Assembly: GCF_000142905.1 (NCBI RefSeq) | Contig: NW_013657667.1 | Span: 6,801-70,800, forward strand | Direction of reading: 5' to 3' | Source: Thecamonas trahens ATCC 50062 | Taxonomy: Eukaryota > Protista > Apusomonadida | Length of the DNA stretch: 64,000 nucleotides | In this document: positions 1-12,057 of the stretch, piece after piece | How the letters are laid out: each line of letters starts with the position of its first letter | How positions within the stretch are numbered: position 1 is the stretch's first letter | Notes under the pieces: model-generated | What the model saw: only the letters and a program-made list of their open reading frames with translations | The model's database searches: none | What the model was told of the DNA's origin: nothing | Position numbers and translations under genes: made by a program

Positions 1-272
1 TGTTCGGTAACCGAAACCGACGTCCCGCCCCCCCTCCCCCCTCCCCCCCCCCACCCCCACCACACACACACACGAATACATACTTTACATACACAAGCCA
101 TCAACTACAACTACCACAGTCTCCACAATCTTCAGCGCCAGAGAAATCCATCGTCCGGGTGGGATCCACGCATCGCCACCTGTCGCCATCTTTTCATTTC
201 GTTGATCTTCAATGTGTGACCACACTTCTTCACAGACCTGCTCCCTCCTCGCAAGCTTTGCGCCGGTTGTTA

Positions 273-2339
273 TTACTCCTCACCGCCATCATCCTCGCTT
301 TTGTGCAGAATGCTCCGCAGCAGCGCACCCTTTTCCTTCCGTGAGAGTTCCGGGTCGCGGATGGCGGCGCGCTGTTCCGGAGTGGGATGGACGCGGGTGC
401 AGGCTTCGTCGCCACACGCGCCAGAGTCCATCATGTTGCGGCACATGCGGGCCTTGCGCTTCTGGCGACTCCGCTGGCGCTCCATCTGCGCCGGCAGGAG
501 GCCGGTCGCTGACTCGTCGCCGGGCTTGCGCTTCTGGCCGGTCGCCCGCATCTTGGGCCCCCAGAAGGCCTCGGGATTCTGCGGGAACTTGGACAGCCGC
601 CGCTTCTGGCTCGAGGCCTTGGGCAGGATGCTGGTGTCGAACGAGACCTTGCTGTTCACCTCGCGGGCGATGATCTTCTGCCATTCGACTGATGCCGGTG
701 CACGGACCGGCGGAAACTTGGCCGCCCACGCCCGGAGGACGTCGTACACGGCGCCGGCCGGCGCGTTGGTCTTAAAGCCCGAGACGGAGGCGTGGGTCTC
801 GGTCACCTCATAGCCGAGCGAGACAAGGCCCGCCATGAACTCATCCTTCTTCACCGGAGTCAGGTTGAGAGCCGAGAGCATCGAAGGCAGGTCGTAGTAC
901 AGCGGGGAGCCCTCCAGCTCATCATGACACACCACCAGCCGGCCCATCATCCGCGGCAGCGTGGCAAACTTGGCCGCGTACGCCTCGTGGTCGCTCTCGA
1001 GCGTGTCGAGCACCCGCCGCACAAATGGCCGCGAGTGGAGCTCGCCGGCCCAGTACGGGCCGCCGAGCTGGAACCGCCCGCCGCACTCGCTGCACTCGCT
1101 GCCCACGGTCGGCGCATACGCGCCGCGGACGTGCGTGGTCTTGCCAGACTTGGCCGGCTTCTCGCGCCCGAGCGGCTGCCAGTGGAACGCCGCGCATCCG
1201 CCGCACGCGTACAGCTGGCTCAGCCGCAGCGCAGACCGCTTCGACTCGGCCGCCGACGTGTGGACGCGGACAAAGACCCGCGAGTAAAAGTCGATCGAGC
1301 ATGAGAGTAGCGGTTCGATGTACTTTTTGTGCAGCGAAGCCGCACGCTCGAGGCTCGCCAGCAAGATCCGCACGCCACCCTCGTGGCAGAACCGCTTGTG
1401 CAGCGGCATCGAGCCGTACTTGGAAAAGCACGTCTCCGGCCGCGCTCCGGCCAGGACCGCCATGTCGGTGCAGGTAACCGCGAGCAAGCCGCCGTCGGCC
1501 ACAGACATCATCGTCGCGTTGAGGAACGGCGCCGCAGAGCCGTACGGATCCAGGTCGACAACGTCGTAGTGCTCACCGGCCGCCGCAGCCTGCATCATCA
1601 CAATGTTGGCGTCGCCGCATGACGGAATGACCTGGCTCTCCGGGTCCAGCCCGTTGCGGACCACGTTGATCCGGATGGCCTCGGCAGCCTCCGGCTTGAG
1701 GTCGTTGGCCACTACCTGGTCCACCTGCGGCGTGATTTCGTTGTAGTACCGGATCGACCGCAGCCCGGTCGCTGAGAGCGCCTCCATGATCCGGAGCCCG
1801 CGCGGTGCCGTCGGCTCGAACCCGTCCTCCCCGCCGCGATCTTCTCGTTGTACTTGGCCAGCCTCCGCGCGTGCCGCTCCGCCTGCTCCTCAGCCCGCTC
1901 CGCCGCAAACTGCGAAATGATCGCCGTCGAGAGGTCGCGGTTGAAGACCTGGACCTTGTTGTAGAACACCTGGTTGCCCTCGGGAAAGTGGATCTTGGCA
2001 CTGCCCTCCTCGATCGTCGTCCCGCCCGCACCAGCCTCGGAAGTAGACGGGCCAGCTCCAGTCTCCTGTGCGAGTAGTTGGTACTGTGAGTTGAGGAAGG
2101 GGAAGGGGGAAAAGGTTGGGCGGGGTGGGGGTGGGAGGGTAGGGGGTGGGGGGGGGGGCAGGACCCCGGACTACGAGGGAGAAGCCGAGTCGAAGCCAGG
2201 ATGGCAGCTCCAGTAGCAGCGGGAGACGAGAAAGGGGGAGGCGGAGGGTAGGGGGGAGGGGGTGAGGGGGGGGGGAAGGAGGAGGGCATACCATATCGAT
2301 AGGCTGCTCGGTTGTTGACGCAGCGGTAGATGATGCCAT
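273..2339 (-). CDS. TRM1: tRNA (guanine26-N2)-dimethyltransferase with C-terminal CCCH zinc finger. Exon1 2339-2292, intron 2291-2066, exon2 2065-273 with an apparent 1-nt frameshift at ~1830
   Basis: Motifs VFYNKVQVFNRDLS, EALSATGLRSIRY, DVVDLDPYGS, GGLLAVTCTD, IDFYSRVFVRV. Donor GTATGC and acceptor CAG join in phase 0. Adding one G to a G4 run restores the frame. Confidence 0.93.
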
Positions 2340-2562
2340 TCTGGGAGCGTGCGTCAGTCCAACTGCGGTTGTGGTGGTGATTGCTGTGGCGATTGCGTGT
2401 CGCTGTCCGAGGCCAATGACAGTCAGTCGGAGCATGCAGCGACAAGTGACGGACGTCGCCGGCTACGCACACTCCCACTCCTACCTCTCATTTGGGAGTT
2501 CGCTTTACCACCGCCCCTGCAAAGGTGAAGTACAGTAGACCAGAGCTGGCTGGTGACTGGGA

Positions 2563-5032
2563 TTAGGCAAAGAGCTCGGGATCCTTGACCTTGTAGATGC
2601 GCACAAGCCAGTGCTCGGTGGTGTAGGCCTCCTCCATGTAGTCGAGCTCGATGTCCTTGTTGCCGATCTCGACCTGACGGACGCGGTCGTAGCCGGCCGG
2701 CTGGCCGCCGTCGGTGTAGACCTCTCCAAAGCGGTAGTAGCAGAGCTTGTACATGAGGCAGTTGAGCATACGCGGCGAGCCGGACGAGTCAATCTTGAAC
2801 TCGCCCTTGGGGCTAAAGTACTCGGACTCGATGATGCGCGAGTCGGGGAGCACGTCCGAGGTCGTCGAGTTGCCGATGCGAACCATCCACAGGAACTTGT
2901 TGATGTCGTCGGACGAGTAGCCGGTGAGACCGCCAAAGATGACGAGCACATAGTTGACGTCGAGCCGCTTCATGATGAGGTACGCGTCCTCCTCGGGCGA
3001 CGCCATGGCGCGGCCGACCTGCGAGATGTGGGTGTTGTTCCATGTGTTGTTGTCCACAATGATGGTTCGGTTGGCCATGGCCGAGATCTGGTACCCATAG
3101 TCCCACCACGACATGACCCGTGCGTCTTCGGGCGTGTTGTGGCGAAGCCACCAGTACGCCTCACGGAAGTCGTCAAAGATGATGCGCGAGCCGTCGCGCT
3201 GGCCGGCCGCAAGCACAATCGACGGTGACGAGTAGGCCTCGGCCGTCACCCACGAGCAGTGGTACGTGTACAGAACAAGGAAGACCATGACTCCGGCCAC
3301 CATCACCGCCGCCACCTCGCGGACGTACTCGGGCTGACCAGCGCCCTTGCCCTTCTTGCTCGAGCTCTTCCGCGAGCTTCCGCCCTTGCTGCTGCCCGAA
3401 TCGGCCCCGCCGCGCTGAGCAGCTCGCCGAGGTGGATGTCTAGGATCGTTGAGAGGCCAAGCGCCGAGATGACGCACGCGACCGGGGCGAGAATGAGCAT
3501 GAGACGGACCATGACGCCCGAAAAGTACACCGCGGCAATGGCGTAGATGATGACAAACACGTTGCCATCGTTGAGCTTGCGGAACGAGTAGAACATGCCC
3601 ACCGGGATGAGGTACGTGAGAAAGTGGAGGTCGAAAAGTACGAGGCCCACGTGGTCGGCTGGTGCTCAGAGACAGAGGCAATGATCGGAATGTGCTTCGA
3701 CGCGTACGTCGGGTCGAGCATGACGTAGAACCGCCCAGTAAACGGCGAGATGTACCCGGTCGCCAGCGCAGCGCCCACCCCGAGCGCGCCCACGCTCCCG
3801 ATCGAGACCAGCAACAGCCGGAGGAGCGCGTCAAACGACTCGGGTGCAAGGAGCGACCGCAGCCATGCCACGCCAACGTACGCCTGGAGGAAGACAAACA
3901 TGCCTGCCGCCGCCATGTGCTCAGAGCTCTGCACTGGCTGGAAGCCCACAAACGCAATCTGCATCGAGAGCAGTGTGCCGAGCATGTAGAACGATGAGTA
4001 AGCCACGTACAACCGGTGCGAGAACCGGCCCGAGACCACCATCACCAGCGTGTAGAGCGGAATGAGGTTGATGATGAACACGTACCCACCCCACGCAGAG
4101 ACCATGTAAAAGTACGCCAGCGCGCACGCTCCCGCCCATGAAAGTGACCCGGTGTTCACCGCGCGGATCCAGAGCGTGTACGTGAGGAGGAGCGCGAAAA
4201 TCGCCACAGCCTCGTTATCGTACGACCCGGCCACAGACCGCGAGATGTAGCCCGGCACAATGGCAATGAGCCCGGCAGCAAGCATGCCGGCGCCCTCAGA
4301 CTTGACCTCGCGACCCATAAAGTACGTCACAAGCGTGGTAAACGACGCAAAGAGCGGCGCCGTAAACACGCACACGTTGCGGATGTCGATCGTAAAGTGG
4401 AGCGCATGCAGCGCGTTGTACATCGCTGCAGCAGTCACCATCAGCCCCGGATAGATCGTTCCGCCAATGATCCGCCCCAGCGGGTACCACGCCCGGTCGT
4501 CGAACCAGTTGTGGAACTCGTAGAACCCGTTCTCCACCAGGTACTTGGTCGTCCGGAAGTTGAAGTACGGGTCAAACTCATGAATGACAGACTCGAACCG
4601 GAGCACCGCGTTGAGCCTCACAATGAATGCTGTCCGCCGCCGCCNNNNNNNNNNNNNNNNNNNNNNNNNNNNNNNNNNNNNNNNNNNNNNNNNNNNNNNN
4701 NNNNNNNNNNNNNNNNNNNNNNNNNNNNNNNNNNNNNNNNNNNNNNNNNNNNNNNNNNNNNNNNNNNNNNNNNNNNNNNNNNNNNNNNNNNNNNNNNNNN
4801 NNNNNNNNNNNNNNNNNNNNNNNNNNNNNNNNNNNNNNNNNNNNNNNNNNNNNNNNNNNNNNNNNNNNNNNNNNNNNNNNNNNNNNNNNNNNNNNNNNNN
4901 NNNNNNNNNNNNNNNNNNNNNTCCACCTCCCCCCTTGCGCCCCCTCTCACTGGACCTACCCAGCACGCAAATGCCTGCGAGGATAGCTGTTCGCAGCAGC
5001 GGCAGCTGGTCCTTCCCAAGCAACTCGACCAT
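2563..5032 (-). CDS. STT3: Oligosaccharyltransferase catalytic subunit STT3. Exon1 5032-4960, intron 4959-4630 (contains N-gap), two apparent frameshifts at ~3636 and ~3406
   Basis: Motifs [54 protein letters not shown]. Three ORF pieces join if one T (T4 run) and one G (G4 run) are added. Confidence 0.95.
4645..4921. other. Assembly gap (N run) inside the STT3 intron
   Basis: Run of N flanked by C-rich sequence. Confidence 0.99.
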
Positions 5033-5325
5033 GTTGGACTGTGTTGGAGGCAAGTGTGCACAACCACTGCCACCAGCCCCCACAGGCCAGACCAGCCAGC
5101 CGCCTTGATCCCGCTGGCTTTGAGCCCTCCCTTCCCCACACTGACAAGCTCCCCCTCCCTCGTCCTCACCCTCCCCCCTCCCCCCTACCCCTCCCTCCCC
5201 TCCCCCCCACCTCCCCCTCCCCCCTCATCACTGCCCATCCGATGATCGCCATCCCCCATCGCAGCTGTCCCTCTTCCCCAACCCGATCCGTCGTCCCTAC
5301 CACCCCTCTCTCTTTACACTCTCTC

Positions 5326-7768
5326 ATGTCCGCAGAGACGCTCGAGTCTGTGCAGGAGCTGCTCAACCTTGAGATTGCCAAGGTCAAGGCACTCAAGGCA
5401 GCCAATGCATGCAAGGATGAGTACATCCCCATCATTGCCGCACTTAAGGATCTTAAGAAGCGTCGTGATGCCTTCCTCAAGAACGTCGAGGACCGTGTCA
5501 AGTTCCCCGTCAACCGTGAGGCCCTCGAGTCGGTGGCCAAGCGCCGGTTCTTCTTCATCAACGGCTTCGAGATCTACGGCGGTACGTCATGCCGCTCCAC
5601 ATTACAGCTCCCCTTCTCCAACCCCTTCCCACCCTCTTCCCACACCATGGTATAAGCCCGTGTCATGCCTTCCTTCCCTCCTCCTCCTCCTCCCCCCCCC
5701 TCTTCCTCCCTCTCCTTCCCCGCTGTGCCGCTCTTGGTCTCTGTCCATTTTTTAAGTGTGGATGGCAGCGGGCAAAGGTGCGACGCCCTCGCCCTCGCCA
5801 TCGACGCCACATCGAAGCCCCCAAGCACGTTCAATGCTCCGTCGTCACATCAAAGCCCACACCGATGAGGCGGCGGTATACATTGCACCGCAGTCGAATC
5901 GCTTGTGCTCTGCACGCCGGGCATCGGAGGTGTTGTCGCTTGATTCGATGATGGGCATGGGCAGAGCCTCACTCACCCCGCGGGTACGCTTGGTTGTGAC
6001 CTTAGGTGTTGCCGGCCTGTTTGATCTCGGCCCGCCGGGCTGCGCGCTCAAGAACAACATCGTGGACACGTGGCGGTCGCACTTTGTTCATCGCGAGTCG
6101 ATGCTCGAGCTCGAGTGCTCGATCCTCACGCCGTACGACGTGCTCAAGACGTCTGGCCACGTCGACCGGTTTGTCGACTACATGGTGACGGATGTGGAGA
6201 ACGGCGAGGCGTTCCGCGCGGACCACCTGCTCGAGGACTTCCTGGAGAAGAAGCTCGAGGCGACCAAGGACGCCGAGACGCGCAAGTCGCTCAAGAACGA
6301 CCTCGACAACGTCGAGTCGTTCACGCTTGCCGAGCTCGGCGAGCGGCTGGCTTTCTACGACGTCAAGTCGCCCGAGACCGGCAACGCGCTCACCGAGCCT
6401 GTGCCGTTCAACCTCATGTTTGCGACGTCGATTGGCCCGTCGGGCAACACGCCGGGCTTCCTCCGGCCGGAGACTGCGCAGGGCATCTTTGTCAACTTTA
6501 CGCGCCTTCTCGACTACAACGCATCGCGGATGCCGTTTGCGGCGGCGCAGATCGGCTACTCGTACCGTAACGAAATTGCGCCGCGCAATGCGCTCCTCCG
6601 CGTCCGCGAGTTCCAGCAGGCCGAGATTGAGCACTTTGTTCACCCCAAGCGCAAGGACCACCCGCGGTTTGCCGAGGTCGCCGACCTCGAGGTCGACCTC
6701 TTCCCGTGGGAGAACCAGCTGGGCTCGCGCGAGATTGTGCGGACCACCTTTGGCGCCGCTGTTGCCGAGGGCGTCATCGACAACCAGACGCTGGCGTACT
6801 ACCTCGCGCGCACCATGCTCTTCATGCACTCGATCGGCATTGTGCCCGAGCACCTCCGCTTCCGGCAGCACATGCCGACCGAGATGGCGCACTACGCCTC
6901 GGACTGCTGGGACGCCGAGATCAACACCTCGTACGGCTGGGTCGAGGTTGCCGGCCACGCCGACCGCTCGTGCCACGACCTGACCGAGCACGCCAAGGCC
7001 ACCAACTCGAAGCTGGTCGCCTACGAGCGCTTTGACGAGCCGCGCGACGTCGAGGTGGTCGAGATCGATCTCAACAAGAAGCTCATCGGCAAGACCCACC
7101 GCGGCAACGCCAAGCACATCTTTGCCCACCTCGCCGGCCTCGACGACGATGCCAAGCTTGCGCTCGCCAACGAGCTCACGGCCGCCGGCGCCGTCACCAT
7201 CGCCTCGCCTGTCGGCGACCTCGAGCTCACCGCCGACATGGCCACCATCGCCACCGTCACCAAGCGCGTCTCGGGCGAGTCTTACACCCCGGCGGTCATT
7301 GAGCCCTCGTTCGGCATCGGCCGCATCCTCTACTCGGTCCTCGAGCATACCTTCTACACCCGCCCCGACGACGAGGCCCGCGCCGTCCTCGGCTTCCCCA
7401 TCGGCATCGCACCTATCAAGGTCGCCCTCCTCCCGCTCTCGGCCAACGCCGCCTTTGACCCGGCTCTCGCTGACATCCGCGTCCTCCTCGAGAAGGCCCG
7501 CATTACCTTCAAGGTCGACGCCTCGGGTGCCCAGATCGGCCGCCGCTACGCCCGCTCTGACGAGGTCGGCATTCCGCTCGCCATCACCGTCGACTTCCAG
7601 ACCGTCGACGACAACACCGTCACCCTCCGCGAGCGCGACTCGATGACTCAGGTCCGCGCCTCGGTTGCCGACGTCGTCGCCGCCGTCGGCTCGCTCGTCA
7701 TGGGCCTCAAGTCGTGGGAGACCATTCGCTCCGAGCTCCCGCACTTTTCCACCGCCACCGAGGAGTAG
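5326..7768 (+). CDS. GARS: Glycyl-tRNA synthetase (eukaryotic alpha2 type) with N-terminal WHEP-like helix pair. Exon1 5326-5581, intron 5582-6005
   Basis: RRFFFINGFEIYGG|VAGLFDLGPPG across a GTACGT..TAG intron. Motifs LRPETAQGIF, RNEIAPRNALLRVREF, EMAHYASDCWD, VIEPSFGIGRI, IGRRYARSDE. Confidence 0.96.
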
Positions 7769-8052
7769 TAGAGACTGTCGCTTGGCCTTTTTGCCGCAGA
7801 ATACAAGGAAAGTGTCCATGTTCTCAGTTGGTATCACCACCTCGCTAGCGCAGAGAGAGGACCGGCACCCGCTGTCAGCCATGATCCGTTCTGATCCGCA
7901 GCAGCCACGACGCGTCGGCCACCGCAGGCACACGGTGACCGCTTTTATCCCACCTCACCCTCCTCCGCCCCCCCCCCCCCCCTCCCCTCCCACTCCCGCT
8001 TCCATCCCCTCACCCACCACTGCCTCCCTGGCACCTCTTTTCCGACCACACC

Positions 8053-8829
8053 ATGCTCTTCTCCCGCCTCGCCGTCCACCGGTGCCGAGTCGCCGCTGTC
8101 TCGGCCACACTCACCGAGGCGACGTCGGCTGGCAGCAGCAGAGGCAAGAACAGGAGCAGACGCAGTGCAGCTGCGGTGACGTTGGCTGGCAGGCGAGAGA
8201 CACCAGCATGTGGCGGAGCAATGACATCGACCTCGCTGGGCGCATCGATCGGATCGGTGCGGACGTTTCTCGAATATCTCCGTGGCGGCGGCAGCCAACC
8301 GCAATCAGACGGCCCGCGCGGCGACAAGCACCACTCGGAGACCACTGTGGTGCCGTACTCACGCGAGCTGGTCTTTGACGTGGTGGCGGATGTTGATCGG
8401 TACAAGGAGTTCATTCCGTGGTGCAGGTCGTCGCGGACGCTGCCATCGACCCAGGCGCGCAGCAAGGAGACGCCGCAGGGCGCAGAGCTTGTGGACGCCG
8501 AGCTAGTCATCGGCTTCCCGGGCTTCTCCGAGTCGTACGTCTCGCACATTGTCCTCGATCGGCCGAACGCCATCGTGGTCCGTGCTCAGCGCGGCCTCCT
8601 CTTCAACCATCTTGTCACCGAGTGGGGCTTTGCCGACGGCGATGCGCCCAACACCACCCTCGTCACCTTTTCGCTCTCTTTTGACTTTCAATCTGCGCTC
8701 CACCGCCGCGCCGCCGACCTCTTCTTCTCGCAAGTAGTTGAGACCATGGTCTCGGCCTTTGCTTCCCGCTGCGCCGATCTGCACGGCCCGCCGACGCCAC
8801 CGCGACCGCGAGCTGTGATAAAGCCGTAA
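8053..8829 (+). CDS. COQ10: Coenzyme Q-binding protein COQ10 (START/polyketide cyclase fold) with a mitochondrial-type presequence
   Basis: Motifs VFDVVADVDRYKEFIPWC, AELVIGFPGFSESYVS, LFNHLVTEW, F.FQSALH, MVSAFASR. Arg/Ser-rich N-terminus. Confidence 0.88.
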   Translation: MLFSRLAVHRCRVAAVSATLTEATSAGSSRGKNRSRRSAAAVTLAGRRETPACGGAMTSTSLGASIGSVRTFLEYLRGGGSQPQSDGPRGDKHHSETTVVPYSRELVFDVVADVDRYKEFIPWCRSSRTLPSTQARSKETPQGAELVDAELVIGFPGFSESYVSHIVLDRPNAIVVRAQRGLLFNHLVTEWGFADGDAPNTTLVTFSLSFDFQSALHRRAADLFFSQVVETMVSAFASRCADLHGPPTPPRPRAVIKP

Positions 8830-9071
8830 CCACCAGCGTGTTGATGGCTCTTAGCAACCATGGTCTCCCCACATGGCCCCAGCTGCCACTCGCAACCACA
8901 GGCAACCACGCCCCGCCGATCGGTGTCTCTGGCCAGTTGTTGACCAACCAACCAACCGCCGGCCGACCAACGCGTCACCCCCCCCCTCCCCTCCCCCCCC
9001 CCCCCCCACCCCTCTCCCCCACCCCCATCTCCACACCTGACTCTCCCTCCTGCACGTGCATGCCCCAAGGA

Positions 9072-9787
9072 ATGCAGTTGCGTATCAATTGGTCCGAGGG
9101 CTTCTTCATTGTGGCTGTTGCGCCTGATGCCACTGTTGACGAGCTCCGTGTGGCCATTGCCTCGTCCCTCGACCGCGACCTGCCGGACACGGCCATTCTC
9201 TCTCCTCCTGGATCGGGTCCTGGCACCAACCTGCTCGGCATGGGTCCTGTGGCTCTGACTGATCTGGGTGTCACCTCGGACTCTGTCCTCAATCTGACCC
9301 TCTCCCCCCGCAGTCCTCCTCGCCTGCTCCCTCGCCGGCAGCAGAGGCCGTGGCAGCTGTCGAGGCTGCGGTCGAGGCTGCGGCAGAAGATCTGGCCACT
9401 CGCTCCTCAGCCGCGGCAGAGGCTGTGGCAGAGAAGGCCGACGAGGCCCGCAAGGCGGCTGTGGACGTTGCTGAGGATGTCATCGAGTCGGCGTCGGCCG
9501 CCGCCTCGGCTGCCAAGGAATCGGCGTCGGCCGCCGCCTCGGCTGCCAAGGAATCGGCGTCGGCCGCCGCCTCGGCTGCCAAGGAATCGGCGTCGGCCGC
9601 CGCCGCATCGGCCGCCGATGCCGCCGAGAACGCCGGCGAGGCGCTGCAAGACGCTGCCGCGTCGTCGCTGGCCACCGCATCGGACGTCGTTGCCTCGGCT
9701 GACTCGTCAACCGTGCTGTACGTGGCCGCCGGCGGTGTCGCCGTGGTGGCCATCATTGCCGGTGCGCTCCTTCTCTGGCGCCGTTAG
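9072..9787 (+). CDS. Small protein: ubiquitin-like N-terminal domain, Ala-rich repeats, C-terminal transmembrane tail anchor. Apparent frameshift at the C6 run ~9304-9309
   Basis: MQLRINWSEG..VAPDATVDELRVAI..LTDLGVTSDSVLNL has a beta-grasp pattern. The second frame ends in VLYVAAGGVAVVAIIAGALLLWRR*. Confidence 0.65.
9485..9605 (+). repeat. 33-bp coding tandem repeat (ESASAAASAAK) x~3.5
   Basis: Direct repeats of ga[ga]tcggcgtcggccgccgcctcggctgccaag. Confidence 0.9.
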
Positions 9788-9838
9788 GTCCCCCATCCGT
9801 AACACACACTGCGCCTGCCGCCCGCTACCTGCTGCCGT

Positions 9839-12057
9839 TTACTTGCCCCTCGTCTTGCCCTTGCCCTTGCGAGTTGCCTGGCTTGTGGCGAGCTCGACCT
9901 CCATCCGGGTCATCTTCTCGGACAGCGCGCGCTGGACCTCACGCGACTTGGCGTACTTGCGCTCGAGGCTGCGAACATCCTTCTGGGCAGCCTCTTTTTC
10001 AAACTCGGTCTGTGCCAGCTTGAGCTTGGTAGAAACAAACTCGGTCTCGAGTAGCTCGCGCTCATGCTTGGCGAGCTCGGCGTCCGAGACGGCCAGCTCG
10101 AGCATGGTTTCGAGTGCGCGGATGCGAACGCCGTCCTCGGAGAGGCTGAGGTCATCGCACTCGGTGCCCGGCGCAACAGTCTTGGGTGCGCGGACATCGT
10201 CTGGTGCATACAGATCGACCAGCCGCTGAAGCGCGCCGACCTCGTCTGCAAGGAGCTCGTTGCGACGTTGGCTCTCGGTGAGCCTCTCGCACATCTCGTT
10301 GTAGTCGTCGGTGAGCTGGCGGAGCTCGCGGCGCTCGGCGAGAGTTCCCGGAGTCCGGAGGCTCGGCGATGGCGTTGCCGCCGCTGCTGCAGCAGCCGTC
10401 GGGAGCTCGCTGCCGTCAGTGGCCAAGATGGCGCGCCCGGACGCGGTCACCACTCGGCGGCCCTCGACGTCGAGCTTGATGACTCGCCCGTAGCCGGGCA
10501 CCTCGTCCTGCAGGCCGACCGAGAGCGTGCGCCCGCCGGGCGTCCGCAGCGTCGCTCCGTCGGGCGAGAGCGCAGCAAGGGAGTACGCAGACAGCGCGCG
10601 CTCGCGAGCCGGCGGCGGCGTGGCCGGTGCGGCGGCGGCTGTGGACGCGCGCTCGAGCGCCGCCTCGGCCGCCACTAGCCGGCTCTCCAGTGACGTGATC
10701 TCGATTTTGCGCGCCTTGTTCTTGGCCTTGAGCGCGGCGACCTTGGCGGTCGAGTCCTCCAGCAACGCGAGCAGCTCGTCGCGGGTTGCGCCGCTGCTGC
10801 TCGCTCCTGAGCCGCTTGCGGCCTCCAACGACGCGTTCAGCCGCGACTCGGCCTCGAGCTCGGCGATGCGGTCGTCGGCCTCGTCGAGCTGGCTCTTGTA
10901 TTGCAGGATGATGGTCGCCTTTTCGGCTACCTCCATTTGCAGCTCTTCGATGGTCTCCTCCTGCCGCTGCTTCTCTTTCCACGCGTCGGTCAGCTGCTGC
11001 TGCAGCATCTTCTGCAAGTAGCGAACCTCAGACGCGCCACCAGCGCCGCCCGGCACAGCGCCGGGGCCGACCGGGACCGAGACCGGTGCAGCTGTCGCCT
11101 CAGCAGGCGATGCTACCGACGCATCAGTCTGGCGCGAGCCGCGGAGCGACGGCGACCGCCGCTGCCGCGGCGGCGACGCCCGCAAACTGGTTGGGTGTGC
11201 TAGCGGCTGGCTGGTTGTGCTGGGCGGCGGCGGCGTTGCTGCTGCCGAGAACGACAGCGCAGGAGGAGGAGCGCTGTCCTCCTCGTCGTCCGATGAGCAG
11301 CCGGAAATCTCTGAGACCGCGGACATGGACATCGAGTCCGAGTCCGACTCCGAGTCGGATCCTGCTCCATGAGCAGCCGGCCCGCTTCCAGCGTCGTCGA
11401 GGCAGACCGAGGTGATAGTGACGGTGAGCGAAGCCGACGCCAGCTTCTTGGACTTGATCTTGAGCGCAAGCGTCTTGGTCACCGGCTTGGCGGTCACAGT
11501 GGCGTACTCGCCAAAGTCGACGCTTGTGGTGGCCAACGTCTTCGTCCGCGGCTTCTTCCCCGCGCCAGCCGAGGCATCGACGGCGAGCAGACTGAGGCGG
11601 TAGAGCTTGGCGTCCGCGACCGGCGCCTCGGGCGACTTGTACAGCGTGGCCAGCATGCACAGCGAGGTCTGCCACTCGACAATGCCCGAGTTTGCCACAA
11701 ACGGCGCAGCAGGCGTCGATGCCGTCCGCGGTCCGCGGCGCCATGTCACAGCCAGTGGCACTGGGCGCCTGTGTGGCAAGGCGAAGCCAGACCAGCCGTT
11801 CATGCCCCCGCCATACACACACAACACACGTAGCCGCACAACCACCAGGTACAGACAGGCCAGGCCATACATACACAGACGCAATCACCCAAAGTAGTGT
11901 ATAAGTACCTTCCATCCCCCCCTCTTCCGCTCACAACCCCACCTCACCACCCATGGCCATACCACTTGGTCTTCGGCACCAGACTGGCCGAGTGGACGAC
12001 GACGTCAAAGCGGAACCTCAGCTTGGCCTTGCCTATCCTCTTGATGCTCTTAATCAT
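9839..12057 (-). CDS. NT-C2 (EEIG1/EHBP1 N-terminal C2) domain plus long coiled-coil protein with an embedded DotF/IcmG-like domain. Exon1 12057-11963, intron 11962-11769
   Basis: Exon1 MIKSIKRIGKAKLRFRFDVVVHSA splices (GTATGG..CAG) to W-RPVPLAVTWRRGPR..VEWQTSLCMLATLYK..SVDFGEYA, a typical NT-C2 pattern. Heptad-rich C-terminal half. Confidence 0.82.

Noticed and set aside
273-5032. TRM1 and STT3 as pseudogenes
   Set aside because: All catalytic motifs are intact and the lesions are single-base homopolymer indels, typical of sequencing error.
5582-6005. Possible snoRNA in the GARS intron
   Set aside because: No convincing paired C/D boxes or H/ACA hairpin architecture found.
6002-7933. Long antisense ORFs (643 aa opposite GARS; similar ones opposite other genes)
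   Set aside because: Expected shadow ORFs from GC-rich codon bias. No domain motifs.
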